Shown one piece after another: positions 62,745 through 64,000 of a stretch of DNA of 64,000 bases; the stretch's first letter is position 1; each line of letters begins with the position of its first letter. Position numbers and translations under genes: made by a program. The notes under the pieces were generated by a model, which was not told the DNA's origin, did no database searches, and saw only the letters and a program-made list of their open reading frames with translations. Origin of the DNA: Heptranchias perlo (taxonomy: Eukaryota); contig NC_090325.1 in assembly GCF_035084215.1 (NCBI RefSeq), positions 151,652,001 to 151,716,000 on the forward strand, given 5' to 3'.

Positions 62745-64000
62745 TCAAACCTCCCCATCGGTTTAGCAATTTTGCCCTTTCTTCATTTCCTCGTCCTTCT
62801 AATCTGTTTAATCGCTCATCTTTCCTACATTCTTTGTCTCTTTTGCTCACTTTTCTAATTTCTCTTTCTTCTCCCTTTACCCTGTCCATCTTGTACAGGC
62901 GACTCCTGCCCCAGAATTAGTTCCAATGTCTCAGGAATCTGAACACGTCCCTCTTACATCTCTCCAATCACACATTTAACTCCCTAACTTTGCTATTCCT
63001 ATGCTGATAGTGTATGGGGCCAAGAGTAGTCCTAAAATTGTTACCCTCAAGGTCCTGCTTTTTAATCAATCTCCTAGTTATTGAAACTCCCTTTGCAAGA
63101 CCCCAATTCTATTTCTTATGACTTCTAGCTGTACTCCCTCTCTCCCCAAAATCTTTTGCACCTGCTCCACGTCCCTTATCCTAGAATCTAAGAGGCTCAC
63201 ACCATTCGGGATCCTCCGTTACACTGCAAAAGCACCTGTCTATTCCCCTGACCATGGAATCTCCCACTACTACTACTACATTTCTACACTTCACTGCCCT
63301 CTCTTTGGCAACTACTTGCTCCACAGTGCTGGGGTTTTGCTCATGGGTGCTCTCCTCTGAGTTATCATACACAAATCTTTGAAAATGGCCAGTAGAAATC
63401 TTTGAAGATGGCAGGACAAATTGTTAACAAAGCATAAGGGATCCTTGGCTTTATAAGCAGAAGCATAGAGTACAAAAGCAAGGATATCATGCTAAACCTT
63501 TATACATCACTAATTAGGCCTCAGCTGGAGTAGTGTGTCCAGTTCTGGGCACCACACTTTAGGAACAAAGTGAAGGCCTTGTAGAGGATACAGAAGAGAT
63601 TTATGAGAATTATACCAGTTATGTGGTGAGATTGGAAACGCTGTGATTATTGCCCTTTGAGCAGAGACTGCTGTGGGGAGCGGAGATGTCGCGCACAAAC
63701 ACGCGGGAATAATTGGACCGCTCTTTCAAAAAGCCAGCACATGCACAATGGGCTGAATGGCCTCCTTCTGTGCTGTAAGATTCTATGATTATCATCATTG
63801 TTACAGTGATACTGAATACCTATTTGTTAATTCAACATTCCCAGGAAATCCCTGCACTGCTTCCTGTCCACATTTCCTACTCTGATGGTTGGTCATGCAC
63901 TTCCATTCCTCTCAAACTCACTTTGCTTATAGGGTGACCACCTCCTGCAATGTACATTCCAAGAACCCTTCAGCTTCCCAAATGTGACAGTGGCACCAGT
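62745..64000. mobile_element. CR1 fragments: ORF1 esterase on minus (62745-63330, 63800-64000) and RT 3' end on plus (63360-63790)
   Basis: VVVGDSMVRGIDR (63181-63372, minus); LIRPQLE.CVQFWAP and CR1 tail on plus. Confidence 0.75.

Overview
Eukaryotic, repeat-rich vertebrate genomic DNA, most likely a cartilaginous fish (shark). This is inferred from the mix of CR1 LINEs with an SGNH-esterase ORF1, Deu-domain tRNA SINEs, Penelope-like elements and Harbinger transposons. More than half of the window is transposon-derived: (i) many CR1, L2 and CR1/L2-supergroup ('family B') LINE fragments, often nested; (ii) one full-length 4.25-kb PIF/Harbinger element (Myb/SANT gene and HARBI1-like transposase, convergent) plus two 2-kb internally deleted copies; (iii) four young Penelope-like insertions with inverted termini and target-site duplications, three carrying minimal hammerhead ribozymes, plus two older Penelope remnants. 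I found no intact host protein-coding gene. The unique sequence between repeats holds a collinear minus-strand series of GT-AG-bounded exon-like segments. Their hand translation gives ankyrin-repeat motifs (ca. 31.9-50.9 kb), ZU5-ZU5-UPA (30.5-16.7 kb) and a death domain (12 kb), with in-frame stops, frameshifts and a Penelope insertion inside one exon. This looks like a decayed, highly divergent ankyrin/PIDD/DTHD1-like gene spanning at least 50 kb. All domain and family assignments are by-eye motif comparisons, not database results.
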